Shown here: positions 18,536 to 28,069 of the stretch, in pieces
How positions within the stretch are numbered: the stretch's first letter is position 1
Layout of the letters: each line of letters opens with the position of its first letter
From: a bacterium
GTDB lineage: Bacteria; Patescibacteriota; Minisyncoccia; Phycocordibacterales; Zambryskibacteraceae
Length of the DNA stretch: 64,000 nucleotides
NCBI GenBank assembly: GCA_023266935.1
Contig: JAHFOF010000001.1
Location: 27-64,026, forward strand
Reading direction: 5' to 3'
Position numbers and translations under genes: made by a program
Notes under the pieces: generated by a model
What the model was told of the DNA's origin: nothing
Seen by the model: only the letters and a program-made list of their open reading frames with translations
Databases searched by the model: none

Positions 18536-18826
18536 TCATTGATTGTTAGTGACGAGGTCTCGAGATTCGTATTTGGTCTTACGAATGGGTTCAAGGAGAC
18601 TCACTGCCACAATCCTGAACTTTTTGTCTTTGGACCTGTAGAGTACGAGTTCGATTCTACAGCGAAACTTCGTTCGACCGTCGCTTGGTTGCATATCTGA
18701 GGCATGAGCAACCACGTACTTCGTCACCATCCCATGCAAATGAAGTACAGATTGCCAATGAAAGTTGTCTTGGCTCCTATCACGCTCGTATCGAAATACG
18801 AGCTCGATAATCTTGCCCTTTTTCAT
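18536..18826 (-). CDS. hypothetical protein (96 aa), weak RelE/ParE-like pattern
   Basis: Basic small protein; C-terminal motif FRCRIELVLYRSKDKKFRIVAV loosely resembles the RelE/ParE toxin core. Confidence 0.4.
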   Translation of the reverse strand: MKKGKIIELVFRYERDRSQDNFHWQSVLHLHGMVTKYVVAHASDMQPSDGRTKFRCRIELVLYRSKDKKFRIVAVSLLEPIRKTKYESRDLVTNNQ

Positions 18827-18906
18827 ACGTTCCGAGAGTTGAAGGTATGAGAAACCGTGAACGTCTTATTTAAATCTGCCCCAAAGCAAGAAAATAGTCA
18901 ATAAAA

Positions 18907-19398
18907 TTATTCCTTTGCTGTCTTTACATAATCGACCACTCTATCCATATTGTTATTGATGTAGGCAATCCTATTGTATTTAGTCCACAATTCTTTTGCT
19001 TCTTCGTAGGAAATGGCTACCCCATCAACTTCACCAGTGATCACATCTTCATGAGTAGGTGACAAGCTGTTTATTTGTAATTCAGGTATAACATTGCCTG
19101 CGCTATCCAAATCTGTAAAACCCAATTTTGAACCCGATCTTGCAAATATATTTTTTAAAATAATTTTCTTACCATCTATTTCTCCAGTTATCACGGCTTC
19201 TTTCTGAACATCTCCGTTTTTTAAGTATGTTGGTTCGCTGATTTCTAATTTTAGATCTGTAGTTTTCAGTAATTCTCTTTCTTCGTTAGATAAATTGTTA
19301 AAGGCGTTTTCTCTCACAACAGAGCTTACTACTTGCTGTTCGTTCGCATTTTCGTGCAACATTTGCTGTGACTCTGCCCATGTTTTTGGTTCTTCCAT
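18907..19398 (-). CDS. hypothetical protein (163 aa)
   Basis: ORF between fusA and tuf; acidic; no family assignable. Confidence 0.45.
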   Translation of the reverse strand: MEEPKTWAESQQMLHENANEQQVVSSVVRENAFNNLSNEERELLKTTDLKLEISEPTYLKNGDVQKEAVITGEIDGKKIILKNIFARSGSKLGFTDLDSAGNVIPELQINSLSPTHEDVITGEVDGVAISYEEAKELWTKYNRIAYINNNMDRVVDYVKTAKE

Positions 19399-19489
19399 AA
19401 AATTTAACTATTTTTTAATTTATAAATTATAACATTAATAAAAAATCCCCGATTGGAGATTTTTTATTCTTCCGAGGAGACTCTCCGGA

Positions 19490-21655
19490 TTAGGCCTTCA
19501 CTCCTGTTCTCTGTTCAATAATAGTTGTGGCAACGTTTGGAGGAACGATAGCATAATGATCAAATTCCATAGTAGAAGAACCTCGACCTTCGGTCATGCT
19601 TCGAAGATTGGTGACATAGCCGAACATTTCAGAAAGAGGAACCATCGCTTTAATCACCTTTAATTCGTTTCTATCTTCCATCGCTTCGATCTGTCCACGT
19701 TTTGAAGAAAGGTTTCCAGTGATGTCTCCCATGAACTTTTCTGGGACAACAACTTCTACTTTCATAATTGGTTCGAGGATAACTGGTTTAGATTTTTTAG
19801 CCGCTTCTTGAAAAGCTTGTGAGGCTGCGATTTTGTAAGCGATTTCCGAAGAGTCCACATCGTGATACGAACCGAAATTGAGTTCACAAGAAATATCCAC
19901 CATCTTGTAGCCAGCGAGAATTCCACGTTCCATCGCTTCCTTCACCCCCTTTTCAACTGCAGGAATAAATTCTTGGGGAATAACACCTCCTTTGATCGCA
20001 TCGATGAATTCAAACCCTTCTTCTCGATGAGCATTCTTGGGAACTTTTTCTTCTGGATCATATTTTGGAAGAGGTTTAATTTTTATCTTGACGTGACCGT
20101 ACTGACCCTTACCTCCTGTTTGTTTAATGTATTTGTTTTCTACTTCGGCTTCACCAGTGATAGTTTCCTTATAAGCTACTTGAGGTTTGCCTACATTTGC
20201 TTCTACACTAAACTCGCGTTTCATACGATCAACGATAATTTCTAGATGGAGTTCTCCCATGCCCATGATAACTGTCTCGCCCGTCTCTTGATCTGATTTA
20301 ATTTTAAAGGTTGGGTCTTCATCCGAAAGTCGTTTGAGCGCCATACCCATTTTCTCTTGGTCAGCCTTGGTCTTCGGTTCGATGCGAAGAGAAATAACTG
20401 GTTCAGGAAAAGTGATTTGATCAAGAATTATTGGATTGTTCTCATCAGCAAAAGTGTGTGAAGTCTTTGCATCCTTCAAACCTACTGCAGCTGCGATCTC
20501 TCCGGCGAAAACTTTTTTCACTTCCTCACGTTTATCTGCTTGGAGACGAACGATTCGACCAAGTCTCTCTTTGTTTCCTGTAGTTGCATTATAAATATAG
20601 CTTCCAGATTCAATCGTTCCTGAATAAACACGAAAGAAAGTAAGTTGTCCGACGAATGGATCAGCTTGGAGTTTAAATGCGAGTGCTGAAAATGGTTCTG
20701 AATCAGAAGCGTGTCGAAAAACTTCTTCGCCTGTGTTCGCGTCAATCGCTTTAATAGGAGGGATGTCGAGTGGAGATGGGAGATAGTCAACCACAGCATC
20801 GAGCACGAGCTGAACACCCTTGTTTTTTAACGCAGAACCAGCCATGACTGGGAAAATTTTGTTGGCGATCACCGCTTTGCGCAGAGTTTCTTTGAGTGCT
20901 TCGATTGAAATTTCTTTCCCTTCCAAATAAGCATTCATCAGACCTTCATCGTTTTCTACTATTCGTTCAACCAATTCTCTTCGATATTTTTCTGCATCAG
21001 CTTTTAAATTATCTGGGATTTCTTTCTCAATGACTTGATTACCCATATTGCCTTCGAAGTAATACGCTTTCATTTTCAAAAGGTCTACAATCCCATCATG
21101 TTTTTCTTCTTCGCCAATTGGGATTTGGAATCTTACTGCTTTTTTTGAAAGTCTGTCGAGAATTGATTTGTATGAACGTTCGAACGATGCACCGGTTCGG
21201 TCAAGTTTATTGATAAAACAAATTCGAGGTACTTGAGCCTCTTCTGCGTAGCGCCAGTTGGTTTCAGATTGAGGCTCAACGCCAGCTACTCCATCGAAAA
21301 CCACAACCGCACCGTCGAGTACACGCAGAGAGCGTTTAACTTCTACGGTAAAGTCGATGTGCCCAGGAGTGTCAATAATATTAAAACGATATTTTTTTTC
21401 TTTATTCTGTCTATCAGCTTCAGGAAGATATGTTGGACCCCAGAAACAAGTGATGGCGGCAGCGGTGATGGTGATGCCCCTCTCTCGTTCTTGCTCCATC
21501 CAGTCAGTAGTAGTGTCTCCTTCGTGCACTTCACCGATTTTGTGTTGAGAACCAGTATAAAAAAGCACACGTTCAGAAGTAGTTGTCTTCCCAGCATCAA
21601 TATGCGCGATGATTCCAAAGTTTCGTACTCGTTCTAAAGGATAGTCTCGTTCCAT
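19490..21655 (-). CDS. fusA: elongation factor G
   Basis: 721 aa; AHIDAGKTT and DTPGH G-domain motifs; EF-G domains II-V. Confidence 0.97.
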   Translation of the reverse strand: MERDYPLERVRNFGIIAHIDAGKTTTSERVLFYTGSQHKIGEVHEGDTTTDWMEQERERGITITAAAITCFWGPTYLPEADRQNKEKKYRFNIIDTPGHIDFTVEVKRSLRVLDGAVVVFDGVAGVEPQSETNWRYAEEAQVPRICFINKLDRTGASFERSYKSILDRLSKKAVRFQIPIGEEEKHDGIVDLLKMKAYYFEGNMGNQVIEKEIPDNLKADAEKYRRELVERIVENDEGLMNAYLEGKEISIEALKETLRKAVIANKIFPVMAGSALKNKGVQLVLDAVVDYLPSPLDIPPIKAIDANTGEEVFRHASDSEPFSALAFKLQADPFVGQLTFFRVYSGTIESGSYIYNATTGNKERLGRIVRLQADKREEVKKVFAGEIAAAVGLKDAKTSHTFADENNPIILDQITFPEPVISLRIEPKTKADQEKMGMALKRLSDEDPTFKIKSDQETGETVIMGMGELHLEIIVDRMKREFSVEANVGKPQVAYKETITGEAEVENKYIKQTGGKGQYGHVKIKIKPLPKYDPEEKVPKNAHREEGFEFIDAIKGGVIPQEFIPAVEKGVKEAMERGILAGYKMVDISCELNFGSYHDVDSSEIAYKIAASQAFQEAAKKSKPVILEPIMKVEVVVPEKFMGDITGNLSSKRGQIEAMEDRNELKVIKAMVPLSEMFGYVTNLRSMTEGRGSSTMEFDHYAIVPPNVATTIIEQRTGVKA

Positions 21656-21774
21656 ATAAGGTTAATTTTGGGCTAAAAATAAAAAGCAGTACCTGCTTAA
21701 GTAGGACTAGAATACAGGATCCAAAGGGAATAATCAAACAAAAACTCTCTTTCGGGAGATTTTTCTAATTATAG

Positions 21775-22044
21775 TCAGGGGGCTCTTTTTTCTTCTATAA
21801 ATGTTAAGAGTTCATCCAATTCACGAGCATCATTCAATGACGGGCCACCCACTATTTCTCTTGTACCCTCTTTCATAGCGCGCAACATCTCTTCAAATTT
21901 TTCAGAATATATACCTTTCTCGACCTCTTGAATAACTGACTCGTCTTCGGTTAACCTAGCCCAAAGAGATAATGCTGATGCCTTTTTTTCGTCAGACTCG
22001 TATAACTGTTTTTCAGGTTTTGGTATTTCTTCAGTTCCCATCAT
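21775..22044 (-). CDS. hypothetical small acidic protein (89 aa)
   Basis: ORF between the retropepsin gene and fusA. Confidence 0.4.
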   Translation of the reverse strand: MMGTEEIPKPEKQLYESDEKKASALSLWARLTEDESVIQEVEKGIYSEKFEEMLRAMKEGTREIVGGPSLNDARELDELLTFIEEKRAP

Positions 22045-22137
22045 TTTTATATTAAGCTACTATAATTAAATTATAACACGTAAAAACTCCCTCTCGGGAG
22101 TCTTCTGTTTACCAAGCGAAGTGAGTGAAAGCTTTGT

Positions 22138-22542
22138 TTATTTAAAATCTCTTTGTTTTAACTCGACCTCTTCTTTCAAGAGATCGAACTTAACTATAAA
22201 AATATCAAAGAATCTCCTTTGCCCAACCACCCCCCAGGGCATCACCCGACCAGCTACATCAGGCATAAACCCGGCCTCTATATCATAGGACCAACCGCCA
22301 ACTTCAATTTTAACTTTATGAAGAAAGTACAAAGAAGCTTTACCTCCAATACCAAACACTTCATTTTTCTTACCCTTTTCAATATCTATTCCAATAGCTC
22401 TGCCTATTTCTGCATCAAAAATGCAGAGATCTGCTCCAGAGTCCACGAGAACTTCATAGCCTATCTCTTTATCTCTTAACTTGAGTTTTATTGGTATGAC
22501 TGGTCGTAGAGTACTTCCGTATTTTGCATACCTAAATTTCAT
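22138..22542 (-). CDS. retropepsin-like (clan AA) aspartic protease
   Basis: VLVDSGADLCIF catalytic D-S-G-A motif plus GIGG flap-like motif; 134 aa. Confidence 0.75.
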   Translation of the reverse strand: MKFRYAKYGSTLRPVIPIKLKLRDKEIGYEVLVDSGADLCIFDAEIGRAIGIDIEKGKKNEVFGIGGKASLYFLHKVKIEVGGWSYDIEAGFMPDVAGRVMPWGVVGQRRFFDIFIVKFDLLKEEVELKQRDFK

Positions 22543-22544
22543 AG

Positions 22545-22757
22545 TTAAAAAGAACCCACAAATGCTGACAAATTTTCAGGTATGCGAGTGAGAAATGGAG
22601 TTTTTTCAGTTTTCTTCTGTGCTTTTAATAGAGCTTCTTTTAAGGTTTTTCCAAAACCAAGAACTGTCTCTTCGTCTTCTGCAAGAGCAACCCATTGCCC
22701 TTTATATTTTTTATATAGTGTAGTCCAATCTTTTGCCATACATATATTATTACACAA
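22545..22757 (-). CDS. small protein (DUF5678-like), partner of the retropepsin gene
   Basis: Motif YKKYKGQWVAL..ET..GFGKTLKEALLKAQKK resembles DUF5678-type small proteins; its stop is 3 nt from the protease start. Confidence 0.5.
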   Translation of the reverse strand: MCNNICMAKDWTTLYKKYKGQWVALAEDEETVLGFGKTLKEALLKAQKKTEKTPFLTRIPENLSAFVGSF

Positions 22758-22772
22758 AAACAGATGTAGGTG

Positions 22773-23243
22773 CTACCACGCAAAATGCGCGAAGGCTTTG
22801 TTTGATTCAGCCATCTTGTGAGTATTTTCTCTCTTACGAACTGCATCTCCTTCATTCTTTGAAGCAGAAATAAACTCTTCGGCGAGTTTCATATGCATCG
22901 GTTTGCCCTTCTTGGCTCTTGCTGCTTCTATAATCCACTTCATCGAAAGGAATTGTCGTCTTTCAGGACGAACTTCACGAGGAATTTGATAGTTCGCACC
23001 TCCAACACGACGAGAACGAACTTCCATAGTAGGTCCAGTGTTCTTCAAAGCTTCTTCGAAAACTTCCAAAGGATCTTTAACTTTCGCAAGTTCTTTAATG
23101 GCGTCGAGGGAACGATAAACCACAGCACGAGCAGTAGTCTTCTTGCCTTCGAGCATTAAATAATTAATAAACTTCGCGATCTTTTCAGAATTATAAACTG
23201 AATCTGGGGTTAATTTTGGTTTGGCTTTAAGTTTGCGTCGCAT
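22773..23243 (-). CDS. rpsG: 30S ribosomal protein S7
   Basis: 156 aa S7. Confidence 0.92.
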   Translation of the reverse strand: MRRKLKAKPKLTPDSVYNSEKIAKFINYLMLEGKKTTARAVVYRSLDAIKELAKVKDPLEVFEEALKNTGPTMEVRSRRVGGANYQIPREVRPERRQFLSMKWIIEAARAKKGKPMHMKLAEEFISASKNEGDAVRKRENTHKMAESNKAFAHFAW

Positions 23244-23270
23244 AAAATTATATATAGTGAGTTTATCGAA

Positions 23271-23684
23271 CTATTTTGCCTTAGGTTTCTTCATTCCGTA
23301 CTGGCTTCTTGATTGTCGGCGAGTCTCGACGCCGGTTGCATCCAAAACTCCTCGGACAATAGTGTATCGAAGACCAACATCCTTCACTCTTCCCCCTCGA
23401 AGCATAACCACGGAGTGTTCTTGAAGACCATGACCAATACCAGGAATATAGGCTGTCACTTCTAGGCCGTTCGTAAGACGAACACGAGCGATCTTGCGAA
23501 TAGCGGAGTTAGGTTTCTTCGGAGTCTTGGTGGTTACCTTGGTGCATACCCCTCGTTTAAAAGGAGAATTAAAGTAGGTAGGACGGTTTGTAATAGTATT
23601 AAACCCACGAGTAAGGGCCACCGCCTTGGATTTGCGAGTGAGTTTGTTCCTTCTTCGTCTTATTAATTGGTTTATTGTGGACAT
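23271..23684 (-). CDS. rpsL: 30S ribosomal protein S12
   Basis: [40 protein letters not shown] signature. Confidence 0.95.
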   Translation of the reverse strand: MSTINQLIRRRRNKLTRKSKAVALTRGFNTITNRPTYFNSPFKRGVCTKVTTKTPKKPNSAIRKIARVRLTNGLEVTAYIPGIGHGLQEHSVVMLRGGRVKDVGLRYTIVRGVLDATGVETRRQSRSQYGMKKPKAK

Positions 23685-23735
23685 ACTATAGACAAAACTG
23701 GCCTCTAATGAGGTGCGCTAACAATACTAAAAACT

Positions 23736-24353
23736 CTAGATTAAAGCAATACCGGTGATAATTCTAAACAAAACATCTATAACTGGAGCGACGAATTGCC
23801 AGATAAAGAAAATGAAGAAAAAGACAAGGATAAGACCGTATCGTTCAAAAAACCCCCGTATTTGAAAGGTTTTCTCTGGGAAGAAGGCAAAAAGAATTTT
23901 TGAACCATCGAGCGGAGGTATGGGCATCAGGTTAAAGACCATTAATAGAATGTTCACGAAAACTATGAGGGAGGAAATGTGAAGGGTGGCCTCATTAAAT
24001 CCGTGGCCTATCCCATATCTCACAAATAAACCGAAGATAACAGCAAGAATAAAGTTTGAAGCCGGACCAGCGAGGGCAACACTCGCTTCGCTCCATCTCC
24101 CTGGACGAAGATTATACGGATTATAAGGAACTGGTTTCGCCCAACCAAAAATAAATCCCCCTAGGAAATATGAGAGGGCTGGTACGATGACCGAACCGAA
24201 TAGGTCTAGGTGTTTAAGGGGGTTGAGGGTCAGCCGTCCAGCGAGTTTGGCCGTTGGATCACCCAGTTTGTCTGCCACAAGACCGTGCGAAACTTCATGA
24301 ATCACCACAGACATAATAAGAATCGCGATTTGAAAGATAAATTCTACTTGCAT
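23736..24353 (-). CDS. site-2 protease family (M50) zinc metalloprotease
   Basis: HEVSHG HExxH motif within a TM helix; polytopic membrane protein. Confidence 0.8.
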   Translation of the reverse strand: MQVEFIFQIAILIMSVVIHEVSHGLVADKLGDPTAKLAGRLTLNPLKHLDLFGSVIVPALSYFLGGFIFGWAKPVPYNPYNLRPGRWSEASVALAGPASNFILAVIFGLFVRYGIGHGFNEATLHISSLIVFVNILLMVFNLMPIPPLDGSKILFAFFPEKTFQIRGFFERYGLILVFFFIFFIWQFVAPVIDVLFRIITGIALI

Positions 24354-24398
24354 AGACGAATTATAACATGTGTGCTACGATAAACCCCTAATAAATAT

Positions 24399-24641
24399 AT
24401 GGCGAAGATTTGCCCAATCACTAAAAAAGGTTCAATCATGGGTGGAGGTTACTCCAACCGAACTCGTGCTACCCAGTTCAACCCAACAGGTATGGTTCGC
24501 AAATATCCAAACCTCCAAAAGAAGCGCATTTATGTACCAGAATTAAAGAAAACCATCACTCTCACCCTTTCAACCAAGGCCATCAAAACTATTCAGAAAC
24601 GCGGTGCTCACTCTGTCTTGAAAAAAGCTGGGATTATTTAA
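24399..24641 (+). CDS. rpmB: 50S ribosomal protein L28
   Basis: 80 aa; MAKICPITKK..G..SN start typical of L28. Confidence 0.85.
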   Translation: MAKICPITKKGSIMGGGYSNRTRATQFNPTGMVRKYPNLQKKRIYVPELKKTITLTLSTKAIKTIQKRGAHSVLKKAGII

Positions 24642-25509
24642 TCTCTATAGTTTCACCGTCGGTTTCAAATTCAATAGTACCTAAGCCAGCAAGACCGCCG
24701 GCTGACTCGGTTGAAACAATTTTTATATTTAGTTTGTTGAAAATATCTAAGACATCTTTGTGTGGATGACCATAAGTATTATCCTTGCCCACAGAAATCA
24801 CTGCATATTCTGGAGCAACTGCTTCAACATAAGGAAATGATGAGGATGTGTGCGAACCATGGTGCCCAGCTTTCAGAACATTTGATTTTAAAATTGTTTT
24901 ATCCAAACCAAGTAAAATATATTCGGCTTTCTTCGTAGAATCTCCGGTTAACAAAAATGATTCGTCTCCATAAATTAATTTAGCCACTACAGACGCGTCA
25001 TTAGTCTCCCAATTTGAGACATCTTGATTGGGGAAAAGTATTTCAAGTCGTACACCATCACCCAAATCAACCGTCATCCCCCTTCGTGCGAGGACATCAC
25101 TGATATTTTTCTCACCAATTAATTCATGAATTATATTATCAATTTTATTTGGTGATTCAACACCGGGCTCCATGAACACGCCCACTTCGTATTGTTCTAA
25201 AACATCTACCAATCCTCCGATGTGGTCTGCGTCGGGGTGAGACTCAATCACCACATCTATCCGTCTGTCTCCAAAGGGCAAAACCTTACCCAATTCTGTG
25301 AGCACCTTTGAATTCGGTCCTCCGTCTAGGAGTATCCGTTTATGCGTTGGAGAGTCTATGAATATAGAATCGCCTTGGCCAATGTCTAAAAAATACACAT
25401 GGAGCAGGTTTGAAGGTTGGTCTGCCCGCACACTCCCCCAAACGAAAACATTGGCGAGCAGGAGCCCAACAAGGATGGATTCTCTCCAATAGTTTTTAAG
25501 AAATTTCAC
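24634..25509 (-). CDS. standalone ComEC-type metallo-beta-lactamase domain protein with signal peptide
   Basis: HxHxDH motif (ESHPDADHIGG), AGHHGS, downstream HPH; N-terminal signal/TM. Confidence 0.75.
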   Translation of the reverse strand: MKFLKNYWRESILVGLLLANVFVWGSVRADQPSNLLHVYFLDIGQGDSIFIDSPTHKRILLDGGPNSKVLTELGKVLPFGDRRIDVVIESHPDADHIGGLVDVLEQYEVGVFMEPGVESPNKIDNIIHELIGEKNISDVLARRGMTVDLGDGVRLEILFPNQDVSNWETNDASVVAKLIYGDESFLLTGDSTKKAEYILLGLDKTILKSNVLKAGHHGSHTSSSFPYVEAVAPEYAVISVGKDNTYGHPHKDVLDIFNKLNIKIVSTESAGGLAGLGTIEFETDGETIEIK

Positions 25510-25538
25510 CTCTTTATTATAAATGATAGAATATTAGG

Positions 25539-26141
25539 ATGATAAAACAATTTGAAGAAAAGAAATTTTCTATCCCAAAATTAAAAGGCATCTCAACGAA
25601 GATGATCGAGGAGCATCTAAAACTTTATGCTGGCTATGTGAAGAACACGAACCTGATTAACTCGATGATAGATATGTATTCTAAGGTGGATGATGAAGGG
25701 GGTAAATATTCTGTTTCAGAAATCACTCGTCGATTTTCTTTTGAATACAACGGGATGAGGAATCATGAGATTTATTTCTCTCATTTTGAAGGTGGACCAA
25801 AAGAGATTTCAAAAGATGGAGAACTGTATAAATCGATTGAATACATTTGGGGCTCATTCGATGTGTGGCTCACTCGATTTAAAACTATAGCCACCACTCG
25901 TGGAGTCGGTTGGGCGATTCTCTATTTTGATAAGAAAGAAAAAGTGCTCATAAACGCATGGGTAGATGAGCAACACCTCGGTCAACTCCAGAATTGTGAG
26001 GTGATTCTCGCTTTGGATATGTGGGAACATTCATTCGTCGCAGATTATCAACCTAGTGGCAAGAAAAATTATATTGAAGATTTCTTCGTTAATTTAAATT
26101 GGCAGACTTGTGAACATAACCTCGCAAACGCACTAAAATAA
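25539..26141 (+). CDS. Fe/Mn superoxide dismutase family protein (divergent)
   Basis: LDMWEHSFVADY matches SOD D-x-WEH-AYY; NHEIYFSHF matches NHTFYW; the first N-terminal His ligand appears replaced. Confidence 0.7.
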   Translation: MIKQFEEKKFSIPKLKGISTKMIEEHLKLYAGYVKNTNLINSMIDMYSKVDDEGGKYSVSEITRRFSFEYNGMRNHEIYFSHFEGGPKEISKDGELYKSIEYIWGSFDVWLTRFKTIATTRGVGWAILYFDKKEKVLINAWVDEQHLGQLQNCEVILALDMWEHSFVADYQPSGKKNYIEDFFVNLNWQTCEHNLANALK

Positions 26142-27660
26142 CTCCATAGAAAACATAAACCAATACCATTCCCCATATTGGGAACGAGGAAATTTTTAGA
26201 CTGGCCCAAGAAAGATTGCCGAGTATATGGGCCACGCCGAGTATCCAAGAGAGAAAAATGTGAGCAACAAGTGTGAATGGAAGCGAGATAATCGTTGAGA
26301 CATAGGAAAGAGTTGTAGAAACAAATCCAATGAGCATGGTGAATGGGACAAAGGCTAAAATCAAAATATTAGAAAGGAGAGAAACGACAGAAACACTACC
26401 CATACTGTATAAGAGAAACGGTAAAACAAATATTTGAGTAGAAATTGTGGCTGAAAGAATCTGTCTCATCCCCCACCTCTCTGTGATTTTAGTTAAATAT
26501 TTATCAACTACTGGAGAAACATAAATCATCGCGATAGTGGCGAGCATTGAAAGTTGAAACGATGGATCAAAAACTAAAATTTTAGGATTTTGAATAAGCA
26601 TCATAAATCCTGCGACGAGCAAAGCACGAGAAACAGAATAACTTCGCCCAAACATCTTGCCCGAGATAGCTATGAGAGCCATAATCCCCGCTCGAACGAT
26701 GGTCGCACTCGCGCCGGTCATCAAAACAAACAAAATGACACCGAAAATTGAAATACTCGAAGCGATTCGGAGAGAAAGAAAACTTAAAATCCTACGGAAA
26801 AATTCTGCGACTATCATAATGTTGTATCCAGAAAGAACTACAATATGAATCACTCCCGCGTTTTTGAATTCATCCAAAATAGATTTAGGCAAGGCCTGTT
26901 TACCTGAAACAAGTAACCCCGCGAGGAGAGATGCTTTGGGCTCTTCTAAAATACTCTTCATTTTAGCCACAAAACTACCTTTGACCCATAGTAGAGAGGA
27001 TATAATTGGATTCGCCTTGTTATATGAATCGATGCTAGTTTGAGCAAAACTCATCGTGTAATAAATATCATCTTTAGATAAATACTGCCCATAATCAAAA
27101 CTTCGCCCCGCATCACTATCAATTATTCCTGGCTTTTCTAATTTTCCTGAAATCCTTATTTCATCACCATATTTAATCTCTGAATATAAATCTGTACTGA
27201 CTAAAATTCTTTCTTTGCCCTCCGAAGCCTTGGCAAAGGTGGGTCGTTCAACCTCAATCACAAACCTCGTATCTTTTTCTCTTTTCTCTGGTTCAGTCAC
27301 GACTACACCATTTAAATTTATTTTTGTACCAACGCTTTGTTCAAACTCTGCATCAACTTCATGAAAATCCTTTATATCAAAACGTAAAATCCCAAAACTA
27401 AAAGCGACTAGTCCTAAAATTATTATAAAAACTAATTTTGATACATTTTTATTCCAGATTTTTTCTGAAAAATAAATACCGAGGGAAATAATAAAAAATA
27501 AAAGCGACCAAATCGGTCGTATTTGAATAATCGATGAAACAAAGATTCCAAAAATAAAACTCCAAATGAAAACAAAGATGCTTAAATGCTTATGCTCGTA
27601 AAGAAATTTTATATTCGTGCTTGGGTCCATTGTACAAATATGGTTTGGCTCCATCAGCAA
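26089..27660 (-). CDS. comEC: ComEC/Rec2 DNA-uptake channel, membrane domain only
   Basis: N-terminal DUF4131-like region and competence polytopic domain; no fused MBL domain (encoded separately at 24634..25509). Confidence 0.8.
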   Translation of the reverse strand: MLMEPNHICTMDPSTNIKFLYEHKHLSIFVFIWSFIFGIFVSSIIQIRPIWSLLFFIISLGIYFSEKIWNKNVSKLVFIIILGLVAFSFGILRFDIKDFHEVDAEFEQSVGTKINLNGVVVTEPEKREKDTRFVIEVERPTFAKASEGKERILVSTDLYSEIKYGDEIRISGKLEKPGIIDSDAGRSFDYGQYLSKDDIYYTMSFAQTSIDSYNKANPIISSLLWVKGSFVAKMKSILEEPKASLLAGLLVSGKQALPKSILDEFKNAGVIHIVVLSGYNIMIVAEFFRRILSFLSLRIASSISIFGVILFVLMTGASATIVRAGIMALIAISGKMFGRSYSVSRALLVAGFMMLIQNPKILVFDPSFQLSMLATIAMIYVSPVVDKYLTKITERWGMRQILSATISTQIFVLPFLLYSMGSVSVVSLLSNILILAFVPFTMLIGFVSTTLSYVSTIISLPFTLVAHIFLSWILGVAHILGNLSWASLKISSFPIWGMVLVYVFYGVILVRLRGYVHKSANLN

Positions 27661-28069
27661 AGCTGGTGGCTATCTCATCACACCTCTCGTTCGCTTGAAC
27701 ACCCGCGTGACCTTCAACCAAGCTCCAATGAATCTTTTTATCCACGCTCGCTTCATACAAATCCATCCATAAATCTTTGTTCTCTACTGGTTTCTTTTGA
27801 CTTGTGCGCCAATTATTTTTCATCCAACCATGTATCCATTCGGTGATACCCTTCACCACATAAGTCGCATCAGAATACAGAGTGACTTCCACACCTACAG
27901 GCAACGATTCTAGGGCTTTAATACAGGCCATAAGCTCCATTTTATTATTCGTCGTGTGTTCGTCTCGACCCCCTATTTCTTTCACCTCATCACCATGCTG
28001 AATAACCGCCCCCCAGCCTCCGGGTCCAGGATTCCCTTTCGAAGATCCGTCTGTGAAGATAATTATCAT
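27590..28069 (-). CDS. rnhA: ribonuclease HI
   Basis: TDGS...E...D...HxGxxxNExxD catalytic pattern; ATG overlaps the RT stop (TAATG). Confidence 0.9.
   Translation of the reverse strand: MIIIFTDGSSKGNPGPGGWGAVIQHGDEVKEIGGRDEHTTNNKMELMACIKALESLPVGVEVTLYSDATYVVKGITEWIHGWMKNNWRTSQKKPVENKDLWMDLYEASVDKKIHWSLVEGHAGVQANERCDEIATSFADGAKPYLYNGPKHEYKISLRA

Noticed and set aside
4146-23273. The intercistronic element as a T7-like single-subunit RNAP promoter
   Set aside because: The element's CTCACTATA matches T7 promoter positions -9 to -1 exactly, but the specificity positions -10 and -11 and the upstream AT-rich region do not match. No phage-type RNAP gene is in the window. The element always incorporates the upstream stop codon and abuts a start codon, which fits a translational or RNA-processing role better. 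It is left as a low-probability alternative.
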